The notes below the pieces were generated by a model. That model saw nothing but the letters and a program-made list of their open reading frames with translations, made no database searches and was not told the origin of the DNA. A program made the translations under genes and the position numbers. DNA of 64,000 bases, taken from sequence record LC597490.1; one strand, given 5' to 3'. Below, piece by piece: positions 27,372-36,931 of this stretch (within the stretch, counting starts at the first letter, position 1; the number at the start of each line of letters is the position of its first letter).

Positions 27372-27809
27372 ATGACAAACGAAAAGAAACAAATCCAATG
27401 GGATAGAAATGAACAAGAAGAAGCTGCTGTAATTGAGCAAACAGGTATTTATAAAGAAAAAGCAAATGGTTTTTTCTATGAAAGAGAATGGTTAAGAATA
27501 AAAAAGAATGTCGATGCTGAAACATTTGCTTTATTAGAAGCATGGTGTGAAGAACACAAAGATTATAAAGGATTACCATTCCCGATTATTACACTTTGCT
27601 CAGTTGGTGGTAATAATACGAAGTTTGTTCGTAAGTACAATAGACACCTTTACAAATCTTATTATGATTGTAAGCAGCGTGCAACTGATAAAGATCGTAT
27701 AGGTTATGCTGAATTGTATCGCATCCTTGCTTTTGCATTCTATGGTTATGGTAACTGGTCTAATAGTGACCGTCGTAGAAAAGGACTTGCCCCGATTCGA
27801 AAAGGATAA
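27372..27809 (+). CDS. Hypothetical protein
   Basis: SD aaggag before ATG 27372. Confidence 0.7.
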   Translation: MTNEKKQIQWDRNEQEEAAVIEQTGIYKEKANGFFYEREWLRIKKNVDAETFALLEAWCEEHKDYKGLPFPIITLCSVGGNNTKFVRKYNRHLYKSYYDCKQRATDKDRIGYAELYRILAFAFYGYGNWSNSDRRRKGLAPIRKG

Positions 27810-27873
27810 TATAATGGTAGAGGAAGGTTCTATTGGAATCTTCTTCTATTTTTCTATTAAAGGGGATGTTGAC

Positions 27874-28257
27874 ATGATTGTTAGTAAAACCGAAAAAGAA
27901 CTTGTTATTTCTGCTACAACAACAGACAACAAATCTGTAACTATTAGCTTCTTAAAGCATTATGATTTGTTGTTTGGTTATATTCAAATTCCACATATGT
28001 TTTTACGAATGAAAGCACATTTTGAAAAAGGATATTTATCCGCATTTGCTGTAGATGAACCTAAGTTTAATGCTCGTGTTATTAATCAAGCACAGACTGC
28101 TGATTTAGGTGAACAAGCCGTTTATCGTTCAAACTTTTATTATGCTGGAAACCAACCTGTTGTTGAATTTATTTCAAGTTATGGAAGAGTAGATATCCCG
28201 ATTACAGATGAGGATGCAAATGCTATTACTGCTTTTCTTCATGAATACGCAAAATAA
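27874..28257 (+). CDS. Hypothetical protein
   Basis: SD aagggg before ATG 27874. Confidence 0.65.
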   Translation: MIVSKTEKELVISATTTDNKSVTISFLKHYDLLFGYIQIPHMFLRMKAHFEKGYLSAFAVDEPKFNARVINQAQTADLGEQAVYRSNFYYAGNQPVVEFISSYGRVDIPITDEDANAITAFLHEYAK

Positions 28258-28266
28258 ATTAATTAC

Positions 28267-28488
28267 CTCGTGCCTTCTGAGGGGTGCTTATTACATCCCA
28301 TAAAAAAATGAAATTCCTACTACCAAAAAGTTGGGGGAGGCATTAGCCTCTCTCAGAGGGCACGAGTACATAACAGTTCTACCTTCTGAGGGGTGTTGCT
28401 CACACCCTTTGTAAGACGTTGATTAGTCAAGCCGTATTTTCCTTCCTGGAAAAGGGGAAGCCTGGGAACTTCCCTTAGAGGGTAGAAC
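28267..28488 (+). repeat. Two tandem multibranch RNA-like elements upstream of dnaE
   Basis: ctcgtgccttctgag...ctcagagggcacgag (28267-28366) and gttctaccttctgag...cttagagggtagaac (28376-28488), both followed internally by a gggtg-7 nt-ca(t/c)cc hairpin. Confidence 0.65.
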
Positions 28489-28523
28489 TACCTTCTGAGT
28501 AATGAGGGAGAGGGAGTGATAGG

Positions 28524-29813
28524 GTGAAGCAGGATTTATCCTTAGCGCTAGAGACGATTAATGTCTTAGCGGAAGACCCTATAACAGCGCAATTAGAATC
28601 ACAATTTTGTCATCTACACTTACACACACCATGGAGTATGCTCGATGGTTTTTGCGTAATTGATGACTTAATTAAGTTAGCGAAAGAAAGAGGTATGACT
28701 CACATTGGTATTAGTGACCACGGTAACTGTCATGGTCACATAGAATTCTATACCAAATGTAAGGCGGCAGGTATTACACCTGTATTAGGTTGTGAATTAT
28801 ATGAAGCTCCTCAAATGAAATGGAAAAAAGAAGAGTTCGATAAGATGTCTCCAAATTGGAACGGATGGCGTCCAACTATCAACCACCTACTTGTTATCGC
28901 TAAAAACAACGAAGGTTATGCGAATCTATTAGAACTATCTAGTAGGGGTTATCTAGAAGGTTTCTATCGTAAGCCTCGTGTTGACTACAATTTATTAAAA
29001 CGTTTAAGCAAAGGTTTGATCGCAACTAGTGCATGTCTTGGTGGTTCGATTCCTCAATGTATTTTACGAGGGAAAGAACGAGTAGGTAGAAACATTGCAA
29101 AATTTTATAAGAAGATTTTCGATGAGTTCTACTTCGAAATACAACCAAGTGAATTGCCAGATCAAAAGATTGTAAATGAAAAACTGATTCAATGGTCAAA
29201 AGAAATGGATATACCCCTTGTCGTTACGTCGGATGCACACATGCTTCGTAAAGAAGATAAGCCAGTCCATGCTAGTTTAACTACAATTGGACGTAATGAA
29301 GATACATCTGATATCAGTGTATATGACCATGCTTATTTCATGAGTGTAAGAGAAATGCAAGACTATGGTATTCCACAAGAAGCAATCGACAATGCACAAA
29401 AGATTGCTGAAAAATGTAATGTTATAATTGAAATGGGTAATTTACAATTCCCTGAATATGAAGTACCTGAAGGATTCGATTTCGATTCATACTTGGTTCA
29501 TTTATGTGAACAAGCATTCTTCAATATGGCATTAGAAAAAGATATTGATGTTGATTTATACTTACAACGTATGAATTATGAATTAGATGTAATCAAACAA
29601 AAGAAACTTTCAGCTTATATGATTATTGTTTGGGACTTTATTGATTACGCAAAGAGAAATAATATATTAGTAGGTCCAGGTCGTGGTTCGGCAGCTGGTT
29701 CATTGGTTGCTTACTTACTACGTATTACCAACTTAGACCCTATTAAATATGATTTACTGTTTGAACGATTCTTAAATCCTGAACGTAATGCAATGCCTGA
29801 CGTAGATACTGAT
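28524..29813 (+). CDS. dnaE: DNA polymerase III alpha, exon 1 (PHP domain to PDVDTD)
   Basis: HLHLHTPWSMLDG, SDHG, VGPGRGSAAGSLVAY, FERFLNPER.MPDVDTD. Confidence 0.95.
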
Positions 29814-30501
29814 ATGGAAATGTCCCGCCTACTAGTAATAGTAGTGTCGGAACTCTGTGGATTGCTGGAAGCAGCGTAAGCTATTATAACTAAAACGTGA
29901 CTTGAATAAGGTGAGCGTGAATGTTTAAAAATATAATAGTAGTGTTGTAATCAGCAGCCTAGCTTCGTCCGTTATGATAAGGAAGCGCTCTAAGTAGACA
30001 ATATCATACGTTGTATCCCGTGCGATATGTAATCCCGTAATTCTACATTATGTAGTTGGTCTTCCCTCCACTGCGAGCCGTCCCTGTGCGTGAACAGACC
30101 CAGTACTTTGATTAATAGAAGAAGGTTCAACGACTATCGAAAGCGTAGCTTCTATGTGAATAGGAGTGAGTAAGCGAGTAGAGTAGGGTATGTCAGAATA
30201 AAGTAGAATGGAGTCGGTCCCTATCAAGCAATTTATTGTTTCGGGAGGACGAAAAATAGCGCCCGTAAAAGCTATTTGGTCTCTTGGTCTTAAATGATAT
30301 ATTCGAAGTGCAGAGCGCCCGAATGATCTCTTTTATGCAGAATAAAGCTTGTTGAGGCTCAAATGTGTAAGAAAGAAGCAAGGGTAATGATATAGTCTAG
30401 TCCCGATTGTCTGAGTCAAACTACAAATTGATGAATAGCAGTAAGAGTGAGACCTAACAGCTACAGACATGAGAAATTTGGTGAAAGCCAGGGTGTAAAC
30501 G
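29814..30501 (+). mobile_element. Group I intron 1 in dnaE (688 nt, no ORF)
   Basis: Exon ends in U, intron ends in G. IGS gtcgg 29846-50 pairs with ctgat. P attgctggaa, Q aatcagcagc, R gttcaacgacta, S aatgatatagtc. Splicing restores PDVDTD-FDYERR. Confidence 0.9.
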
Positions 30502-31513
30502 TTTGACTACGAAAGAAGGCATGAAGTAATTGATTATGTAACACGTAAATATGGAGCAGATAAAGTATCTCAGATTGGTACATTCGGTACGTTATCAACT
30601 CGTATGGCGTTAAAAGATATTGGTCGTGGATTAGGTATTGACCATAACATCATCAATGAAATGAATAAAATGATTCCTGTACATCAAGGTAAAGTTGCTT
30701 CTATTAAAGATGCATTAGAGCAAGTACCTGAATTACAAGAATATCAAACTATGTATCCTGAGCTATTTGAATTAGCTATGAAGGTAGAAAGCTTACCTCG
30801 TACTAACTCAATTCATGCTTGTGGAATGGTTATTGCGCCGAAGTCATTATATGGTTCCATCCCATTAATTAAAGGAAAAAATGATGAAGTCGTAACGCAA
30901 TATGAAGGCCCGACATTAGAAAAACTAGGTATTATCAAGTTTGACTTCCTTGGCTTAAAGAACTTATCTGTAATTGATATTGCACGTAGGTTAGCAAAGG
31001 AACGTCATGGCGTTGATATTGACCCAGATAAATTAGAACCAGAAGACCCAAAAGTATTTAATACAATCCAGCAAGGATTCACTGACGGATTATTCCAGAT
31101 TGAGTCTGAAGGTATGAAGAAGTTGTTCCGTGGTATTAACAAGGTAGACTTCGAGACATTAATAGCTGGTGTAGCTTTATACCGTCCAGGTCCGATGGAA
31201 CATATTCCTGATTATCAGGCCAAATCAAATGGATTAAAAGAAGTGTCTTATCCTCACGCAGACCTAGAACGTATCACAAAGAACACGTTCGGTATTGCCA
31301 TCTACCAAGAACAAATCATGCAGATTACAGGACAGTTCGGTGGATATTCTCCAGGTCAACAAGATGGATTTAGAAAGGCTATTGGTAAAAAGAGCCAGGA
31401 GGTTATGGATAAGGTATTACCTGAATTACATTCAGACATTCTTGACCACAACTACTCACAAGAGATTGCAGAATACATTATCAACATCATTAAACCATTC
31501 GTTGGTTATGGGT
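30502..31513 (+). CDS. dnaE: DNA polymerase III alpha, exon 2
   Basis: FDYERRHEVIDYV..QIGTFGT, HACG, KFDFLGLKNL, LFQIES, LYRPGP, YQEQIM, FVGYG. Confidence 0.95.
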
Positions 31514-31847
31514 TAACATGTTAGGCCCCTCTAGTGAGTGATTACTAGAGCAAACTCCGAATATGCTGGGACGAACCTTAGAGCCTTTAGTACGAGCATA
31601 CGCCGTAACAATCTAAAGGATTGGTCAATCAGCAGGGATAGCCGAAAGGAAGCCCCCAGAGACTACCAAGGAGCATCTTTATCTTTCTATAATGGAGAGT
31701 TTGATCCTACTGGCTTAGGTGTTTTCACACCTCCTTGTCAATTGGTCAGATTAGCGGTTAGCTTTCGAGCTTTCCGTTATGGAAAGATGGAGATGATGGT
31801 ATAGTCCACTCCCCTAATAAATATCGGGAAATCCGAGGGTATAAAGG
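31514..31847 (+). mobile_element. Group I intron 2 in dnaE (334 nt, no ORF)
   Basis: gggU/ pairs with gccc in P1. P aatatgctggga, Q aatcagcagg, R cagagacta, S atggtatagtcc; terminal G. Splicing restores GYG-F-NRSH. Confidence 0.9.
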
Positions 31848-32722
31848 TCAACCGTTCACATGCTGCTTGCTATGCATATATTTGTTATCAAACTGCATAT
31901 TTTAAGACACACTACCCAATTGAATTTATGTGTGGATTATTAACTATTTTTGGTGAACAACAAGAGAAATGTGTTCAGTACATTGAAGAGTCTAAGCGTA
32001 TGGGCATTAACGTTCTACCTCCTGACATTAACTTCAGTGAGCGTGGATTCTCTATTGATGGCAAAGCTCTACGTTATGGTTTAGCAAGCATAAAAGGAAT
32101 GGGAGAGGCTGTAGTAGATGCAATTCTAGCGGCACGACCATTTGCTTCATTAGAAGATATGATTCAGAAAGTACCAAAACGTATCATGAACAAACGTGTT
32201 ATTAATGTTCTATGTCGTTCTGGAGCTTTAGATGGATTAGGAAATGAACATAAGAACCGATTGGCTATTCTTCAATATCTATACATGCTTCGTGGAGATA
32301 AGGATGATATTTCATATGAAGTATCTAAGTATGATAAGCAAGCTATGCTACAAGATGAAAAGCAATTGATTGGTGTATATGTAAGTTCACATCCATTAGA
32401 AGGTATATGTGAGAAATTAAACTGGGATTACATTGCCGATGGTGATGTTTTTGAAAGCGCTGGTATTATCAGAAGCTTTAAAGAAGTTCGAACGAAACGT
32501 GGTCAGTTAATGGCAATGGTTAATCTCGAAACATTAGATGGTGAGAAGAAGATAGTTGTCTTCCCAGATGTATATGAGAAACTTGATGTTCCATTGCAAG
32601 AAGGACTTATTGTTAAGTTTGCTGCTTACTTCAAGTTTAACTTCCAATACAATGAACGTTCTTGTTTAGCCAAGAAGTTTACGATTCCGAAACGGATTAA
32701 TTCACAGATACTCAAGAAATAA
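31848..32722 (+). CDS. dnaE: DNA polymerase III alpha, exon 3 (spliced product 1058 aa)
   Basis: NRSHAACY, YFKTHYPIEF, LPPDINFS, YGLASIKGMG, C-terminal OB fold; exon lengths 1290+1012+875 = 3177 nt, in frame. Confidence 0.95.
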
Positions 32723-32725
32723 ATC

Positions 32726-32750
32726 GGGGCGGGAAACCGCCCTATTTCTT
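32726..32750 (+). terminator. Intrinsic terminator
   Basis: gggcgg-gaaa-ccgccc followed by T-rich tail. Confidence 0.7.
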
Positions 32751-32766
32751 ATGAAGGAGGAGTACT

Positions 32767-33009
32767 ATGTATTTAGCTGGTCTAATTATATTTGCTGTAG
32801 TTTTAACTGCTTTTCTTATTTATCCATTGTACTTACGTGATACAATAAAGAATTTAAAAAGCAATATCGAATTTTATAAAGAAGAAAATGATATGTTAAG
32901 AACTTACATTAGTAAGCGTAACTGGACTGAAAACATTCAAAGTCAGGTTCGCAAAGGTGGAGGATTAGAAGTTATTAATGGAGGTCGATCAAGTGGAAGA
33001 TTTAAATGA
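32767..33009 (+). CDS. Small membrane-anchored coiled-coil protein
   Basis: N-terminal TM; SD aaggagg. Confidence 0.65.
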   Translation: MYLAGLIIFAVVLTAFLIYPLYLRDTIKNLKSNIEFYKEENDMLRTYISKRNWTENIQSQVRKGGGLEVINGGRSSGRFK

Positions 33010-33184
33010 ATTAGCACTTATAGGTTTTTTCATCATTATGATAATAGGAATAGCAGTTGCAGTTGTACTTAACATCATTTCTGTTTTAAAAATTTTAGCA
33101 TGTATACTTGCTGTTGTATTATTTGTACTTGTTTGTTATTGGATATGCGTAGCTGTCGCTTGGTTATTCTTAAAATTATTTTAG
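32978..33184 (+). CDS. Small membrane protein
   Basis: Hydrophobic 68 aa. Confidence 0.55.
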   Translation: MEVDQVEDLNELALIGFFIIMIIGIAVAVVLNIISVLKILACILAVVLFVLVCYWICVAVAWLFLKLF

Positions 33185-33201
33185 AAGGGAGAGAGAAGAG
33201 A

Positions 33202-33513
33202 ATGCAAGTTAGAACATTTGGTGGTATTTTGCCAGGAGATGTAATACCAGACTTGGAAGAAGGAAATGCGGTTCAATTTCAATGTGCTTACCATCATACA
33301 AACTTCAGAAATGATAGAAAAAAGTATGAAGAATATGTTAAGAGTTGGATTCGTAGAATTAATCATCAATTCAATAGTAATAAATGTACAAGCTACGAAT
33401 TAGAATATGATATATATTCACCTAATGATACTGAATTAGTAATCATATATCCGCCTGGTCATTTAAAACCAAACAACACTAGAGGAATGAAATCAGAAGA
33501 AGTATTATATTAG
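33202..33513 (+). CDS. Hypothetical protein, partial C-tag
   Basis: ATG 33202; ends PNNTRG-MKSE-EVLY (Asn off-register). Confidence 0.6.
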   Translation: MQVRTFGGILPGDVIPDLEEGNAVQFQCAYHHTNFRNDRKKYEEYVKSWIRRINHQFNSNKCTSYELEYDIYSPNDTELVIIYPPGHLKPNNTRGMKSEEVLY

Positions 33514-33530
33514 AAAGAAGTTGAGACACC

Positions 33531-33701
33531 TTGGTTATTATCGCATGTATTCTTTTCGTAGCAACTATTGTATTAATAGACTATGTTTTGAATTTAAGAA
33601 ACAAAATTAAAATGCTAGAACATGACAATTTTTATTTACGAACGAAAGTCGAAAGGCTTACGATAAAGTTAAAAGATGAAGCTTTATCAAAGGAGAGATA
33701 G
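33531..33701 (+). CDS. 56 aa TM plus coiled-coil protein (not in ORF track)
   Basis: TTG 33531, TAG 33699-701; MVIIACILFVATIVLIDYV... Confidence 0.5.
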   Translation: MVIIACILFVATIVLIDYVLNLRNKIKMLEHDNFYLRTKVERLTIKLKDEALSKER

Positions 33702-33702
33702 T

Positions 33703-33873
33703 ATGAAACTTTTAAAATGTATGGAAGTTGAAGTATTACAATTTGAATATACATCTTATGATGAATACACAGAACATCATGAACAAATGATGAAACGAGG
33801 ATTCACATATCAAGATGACCGAAAAGGTTTAGATGCTGATTCAATTACTGCAACGTACATTAAAAAGCTTTGA
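33703..33873 (+). CDS. Small hypothetical protein
   Basis: SD aaggag before ATG 33703. Confidence 0.6.
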   Translation: MKLLKCMEVEVLQFEYTSYDEYTEHHEQMMKRGFTYQDDRKGLDADSITATYIKKL

Positions 33874-33898
33874 CAATTATTTAATTGGTTAGTAGAAT
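33870..33898 (+). promoter_or_regulatory. Near-consensus SigA promoter
   Basis: TTGACA-17 nt-TAGAAT. Confidence 0.8.
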
Positions 33899-33901
33899 AA
33901 T

Positions 33902-34428
33902 AGTACTACATTACATACTAACTCAACCTTCATGTTTTCAATAATGTAGTACTTGTGGATTGAGTTGAAATCGACTGGAACAACTCTGCTTACGGCTATA
34001 TACAGGGCTATTACGATAAAGGTAATTTTCCTGTCATGCTGGTAAGTATGATTATGATTGGGTGGATGTCATAATCAAAGCAATTGCGATGTGTTGGTTA
34101 CTCAGGCGCCGAGTACCAATAATATTCAATTGGACATTTCCAAACGGAAATATTGTTATTCTTCACGTAAGACGGTTTAGGCGCTGTCTTACAAAAATAT
34201 GTTGAAATCAGCATATGTTTCTATCGTTTATACCATTTTTCTAGTGCATAATATATAAGCCTACTCAACTTATATGTTGTGTACGAAGTGTTCATTGTGA
34301 GTCCTTAGTTCTTGTCCGTTCTCAGGACTCACACAACTATTTGGGTGACTGAAAGCACTTGAATAGAATTACTTACACTATTATCTTTATGTTTGCCTTG
34401 GAGCTTCCCGTGCTTCAAGGCTTTTTTT
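33902..34428 (+). ncRNA. Putative ~520 nt multi-hairpin ncRNA with own promoter and terminator
   Basis: No ORF; about ten stems, e.g. agtactacatta/taatgtagtact, tgattatga/tcataatca, gtaagac/gtcttac, tgtgagtcct/aggactcaca. Confidence 0.65.
34395..34428 (+). terminator. Intrinsic terminator closing the putative ncRNA
   Basis: gccttggagc/gcttcaaggc followed by T7. Confidence 0.8.
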
Positions 34429-34485
34429 GTGCAGTTATTTCATATAGATAGCGGGGCAAGTGAACCGCTACAAGGAGGAGATTCT

Positions 34486-35265
34486 ATGGCAGAATTCGAA
34501 TTATTTAATTACAATGATAGTGAAGTAAGAACATGTGTGAAAGACACACAAATTTGGTTTGTTGCAAACGATGTATGCAAAGTGCTTGAAATTGTGAATC
34601 CACGTACTTCTATTCAACGTTTAGATGAAGATGAAAAGGATGTACACAGTGTGGACACCCATGGCGGAGCACAAAACATGGCTGTTATTAATGAGTCTGG
34701 ATTATATTCACTCGTATTAACATCACGTAAACCACAGGCAAAAGCATTTAAGAAATGGATTACATCCGAAGTCATTCCCGCACTACGTAAGGATGGTTCT
34801 TATTCATTAAAACAAAAGACTCCAGCCGAAATGATGTTAATGTATGCAGAACAAATGGTGAAGCAAGAGAAAGAATTAGCGGCACTGAAAGAAGCACAAC
34901 AGGTTCAACAGGCTCGTATTGAAGGCACAGAGCAACGAGTGGAAACATTAATCCATCATATGAGTGATGTACCTGACCGTGCGAAACTAACACGTAAAAT
35001 TAATGAATTGTCTCGTACAAGAGGATGGTCACAACAAATCTCTTGGCATGAAGTATATTATATTATAAATTCTAAGTATGGTATTGATGTACGACGCCGT
35101 GTACAGAATCGACGCCAACGTATTCAACAGGCTCGTCAACAAGAAGGTAAGCCTTTATACCATGAGAAAACAATCTCTAAGAAGGTTAATGGCTTAGACA
35201 TCCTAGAAGAACAAGGTTTATTAAGTGAAGCATATGAGGCAATTGTGGGGCTTATTACGGCGTAA
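34486..35265 (+). CDS. BRO-N domain antirepressor-like protein
   Basis: FNYNDSEVR, WFVANDVCKVL, INESGLYSLVLTSRKPQAKAFKKWITSEVIPALRK; SD aggagg before ATG 34486. Confidence 0.9.
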   Translation: MAEFELFNYNDSEVRTCVKDTQIWFVANDVCKVLEIVNPRTSIQRLDEDEKDVHSVDTHGGAQNMAVINESGLYSLVLTSRKPQAKAFKKWITSEVIPALRKDGSYSLKQKTPAEMMLMYAEQMVKQEKELAALKEAQQVQQARIEGTEQRVETLIHHMSDVPDRAKLTRKINELSRTRGWSQQISWHEVYYIINSKYGIDVRRRVQNRRQRIQQARQQEGKPLYHEKTISKKVNGLDILEEQGLLSEAYEAIVGLITA

Positions 35266-35296
35266 GCCCCCTTGCTTTTCCTAAGGAGGTAACAGA

Positions 35297-35710
35297 ATGG
35301 GTGGTTTATTATATCCGTATTTATTACTCACACTAATTGTGATTGTTGTTATCTATTTGGTGTGTGGTATTCGTGGCAAGGATTGGTTGTTTAAGGCAAG
35401 TTTGTCAGGACTTATTACATCTACATTATTTTATTTGCCTATCTTTACTATCATTACTTCTCAAGCAGAGACAACATGGACTGTAGTAGAAGAAAAACCA
35501 ATCAAAATTACAAAGAAACATGAAAACGGTATTACTTATGAATTAGATGATGAAGCAAAAGAAAAGAAGAACTTCGTTTATTATCATACGACTGATAGTA
35601 AAGAAGGTAAGGTTATTATATCTCGAAAAATATTCGTAGATGATTTTATTAACAAATGGTTCGACGCACCAAGCAATAAAAAATATGATGTCTACTTACC
35701 AAAGGAGTGA
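35297..35710 (+). CDS. Membrane protein
   Basis: Two N-terminal TM segments. Confidence 0.65.
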   Translation: MGGLLYPYLLLTLIVIVVIYLVCGIRGKDWLFKASLSGLITSTLFYLPIFTIITSQAETTWTVVEEKPIKITKKHENGITYELDDEAKEKKNFVYYHTTDSKEGKVIISRKIFVDDFINKWFDAPSNKKYDVYLPKE

Positions 35711-35714
35711 GGAG

Positions 35715-35972
35715 ATGAAAACCATTGAACCAGGTTCAAGAGTTATCATAGGAAGTAAGAAAGCAAAAAAACATTATTATGATACGATTCAAGGTATGAC
35801 AGCCACAGTAGTTGGGCCAGGAATGGCAGAAGATAGATGGATTGTTAATGTGGATAGAGGTCCAAAAGCAATGACGTACAATGGATGGTCTATACATGTA
35901 GTAGATTTAATTCCCTATATAAGTAACAATGAGGAATCTATTTCTCATATGAAAGAGGAGTTAGGAATATGA
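35715..35972 (+). CDS. Array C paralog 1 (SH3/KOW-like), C-tagged
   Basis: GSRVIIGSKKA..W.V..WSIHVVDL; ends N-EESISH-MKEE. Confidence 0.7.
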   Translation: MKTIEPGSRVIIGSKKAKKHYYDTIQGMTATVVGPGMAEDRWIVNVDRGPKAMTYNGWSIHVVDLIPYISNNEESISHMKEELGI

Positions 35973-36226
35973 GAGACTACAAAGGTAAAGAAGTTATTAT
36001 TGGAGATAAACGAGCCAGCTTAAATTTCTATAAAAGTATTATTGGGAAAAAAGGTACAGTTACTGACCGTGCCACTCTAACAGGTTGGTTCGTGAATATT
36101 TCTCGTAGTGAAACTGTAGCTGTTTATGATGAATGGATTGTGCATGAAGATGACTTACTTGTTATTCCTAAAGAAAATGAAGAAACAATTTCTTCTATGA
36201 AACAAGAGGAAAATCCTTATGAGTAA
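35969..36226 (+). CDS. Array C paralog 2, C-tagged
   Basis: GKEVIIGDKRA..WIVHEDDL; ends N-EETISS-MKQE. Confidence 0.7.
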   Translation: MRDYKGKEVIIGDKRASLNFYKSIIGKKGTVTDRATLTGWFVNISRSETVAVYDEWIVHEDDLLVIPKENEETISSMKQEENPYE

Positions 36227-36449
36227 AAAACAAAAACCTAAATACTGTATTATTGGCGGAGCGAAAGCAGAGACTTATGGATACGAATATGTTGTAGGCA
36301 AGAAAGCTAGAATGTATTCAGTAGGGGATGAACATGTGCATGTGAAAGTTGAGAACCTTGGTTTCTGGTATATAGCAACAGAAGATGCTCTTTTTAATTT
36401 TAACAATAAAGAGTCTATCATTAATATGAAAAGAGAGGATGCATTGTGA
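36219..36449 (+). CDS. Array C paralog 3, C-tagged
   Basis: IIGGAKA..WYIATED; ends N-KESIIN-MKRE. Confidence 0.7.
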   Translation: MSKKQKPKYCIIGGAKAETYGYEYVVGKKARMYSVGDEHVHVKVENLGFWYIATEDALFNFNNKESIINMKREDAL

Positions 36450-36688
36450 AAAAAGGTGATATATTGGTTGTTGGTGATAAACGTGCAGCTAAATATGGAT
36501 ACTACAAAGCAGTGGGGTGTAGGGTTGTACTACACAAACGTCATACTGTATTCCATGAATTATGGGGTGTGAAATTAGAAAACAGTCGAGCACATATGTT
36601 TCCTAGTTATTTCATACATGAAGAGGACCTTCTTCCTATTCAAAATACAAGTTCTCTTATACGTTTAAAAGAGGAGGAAAATATATGA
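36446..36688 (+). CDS. Array C paralog 4, C-tagged
   Basis: GDILVVGDKRA..YFIHEEDL; ends N-TSSLIR-LKEE. Confidence 0.7.
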   Translation: MKKGDILVVGDKRAAKYGYYKAVGCRVVLHKRHTVFHELWGVKLENSRAHMFPSYFIHEEDLLPIQNTSSLIRLKEEENI

Positions 36689-36930
36689 AACGAGGAGATA
36701 GGAAGGTTGTTGGAAAGATATTCTCTAGAGATTTCAATTACACACCTTTAGAGGGTAAGGTTGTTCAAGTTTATAAACGTAATGAAACTGTTAGAGATAC
36801 TTGGTATGTACATCCAATTATGAAAAATGGATTGGTTTCTAAAAATGCATGGTATGTCCACATTAAAGACTTAATGGATATCACGAATGAAGGTACCATA
36901 AAAGTATTGAAAGGGGAGATAATGATATGA
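36685..36930 (+). CDS. Array C paralog 5, C-tagged
   Basis: GDRKVVG..WYVHIKDL; ends N-EGTIKV-LKGE. Confidence 0.7.
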   Translation: MKRGDRKVVGKIFSRDFNYTPLEGKVVQVYKRNETVRDTWYVHPIMKNGLVSKNAWYVHIKDLMDITNEGTIKVLKGEIMI

Positions 36931-36931
36931 A

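Noticed and set aside
28267-28488. Hammerhead ribozyme (CTGAG...GAAA)
   Set aside because: CTGAG is paired in the closing stem and does not match CUGAnGA; the GAAA is not positioned before a stem III.
29814-29879. dnaE as a pseudogene or split gene ending MEMSRLLVIVVSELCGLLEAA
   Set aside because: That tail is intron read-through; removing both introns gives an uninterrupted 1058 aa protein.
30193-30381. Minus-strand ORF in intron 1 as a homing endonuclease; also 31538-31804 in intron 2
   Set aside because: Short, no SD, no HNH/GIY-YIG/LAGLIDADG motif; they overlap conserved ribozyme elements.
33902-34428. CRISPR array or type III antitoxin repeat array
   Set aside because: The hairpins do not share sequence and there is no repeat-spacer periodicity.
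36890-36930. The C-terminal K-x-E is just the Shine-Dalgarno of the overlapping next gene
   Set aside because: Partly true for KGE/KEE endings, and the untagged 28 aa ORF 9151-9237 shows an SD alone can give LKGD. It cannot explain the in-register Asn 7 residues before the hydrophobic position, nor tags on genes whose neighbour has a separate SD or which end an array.
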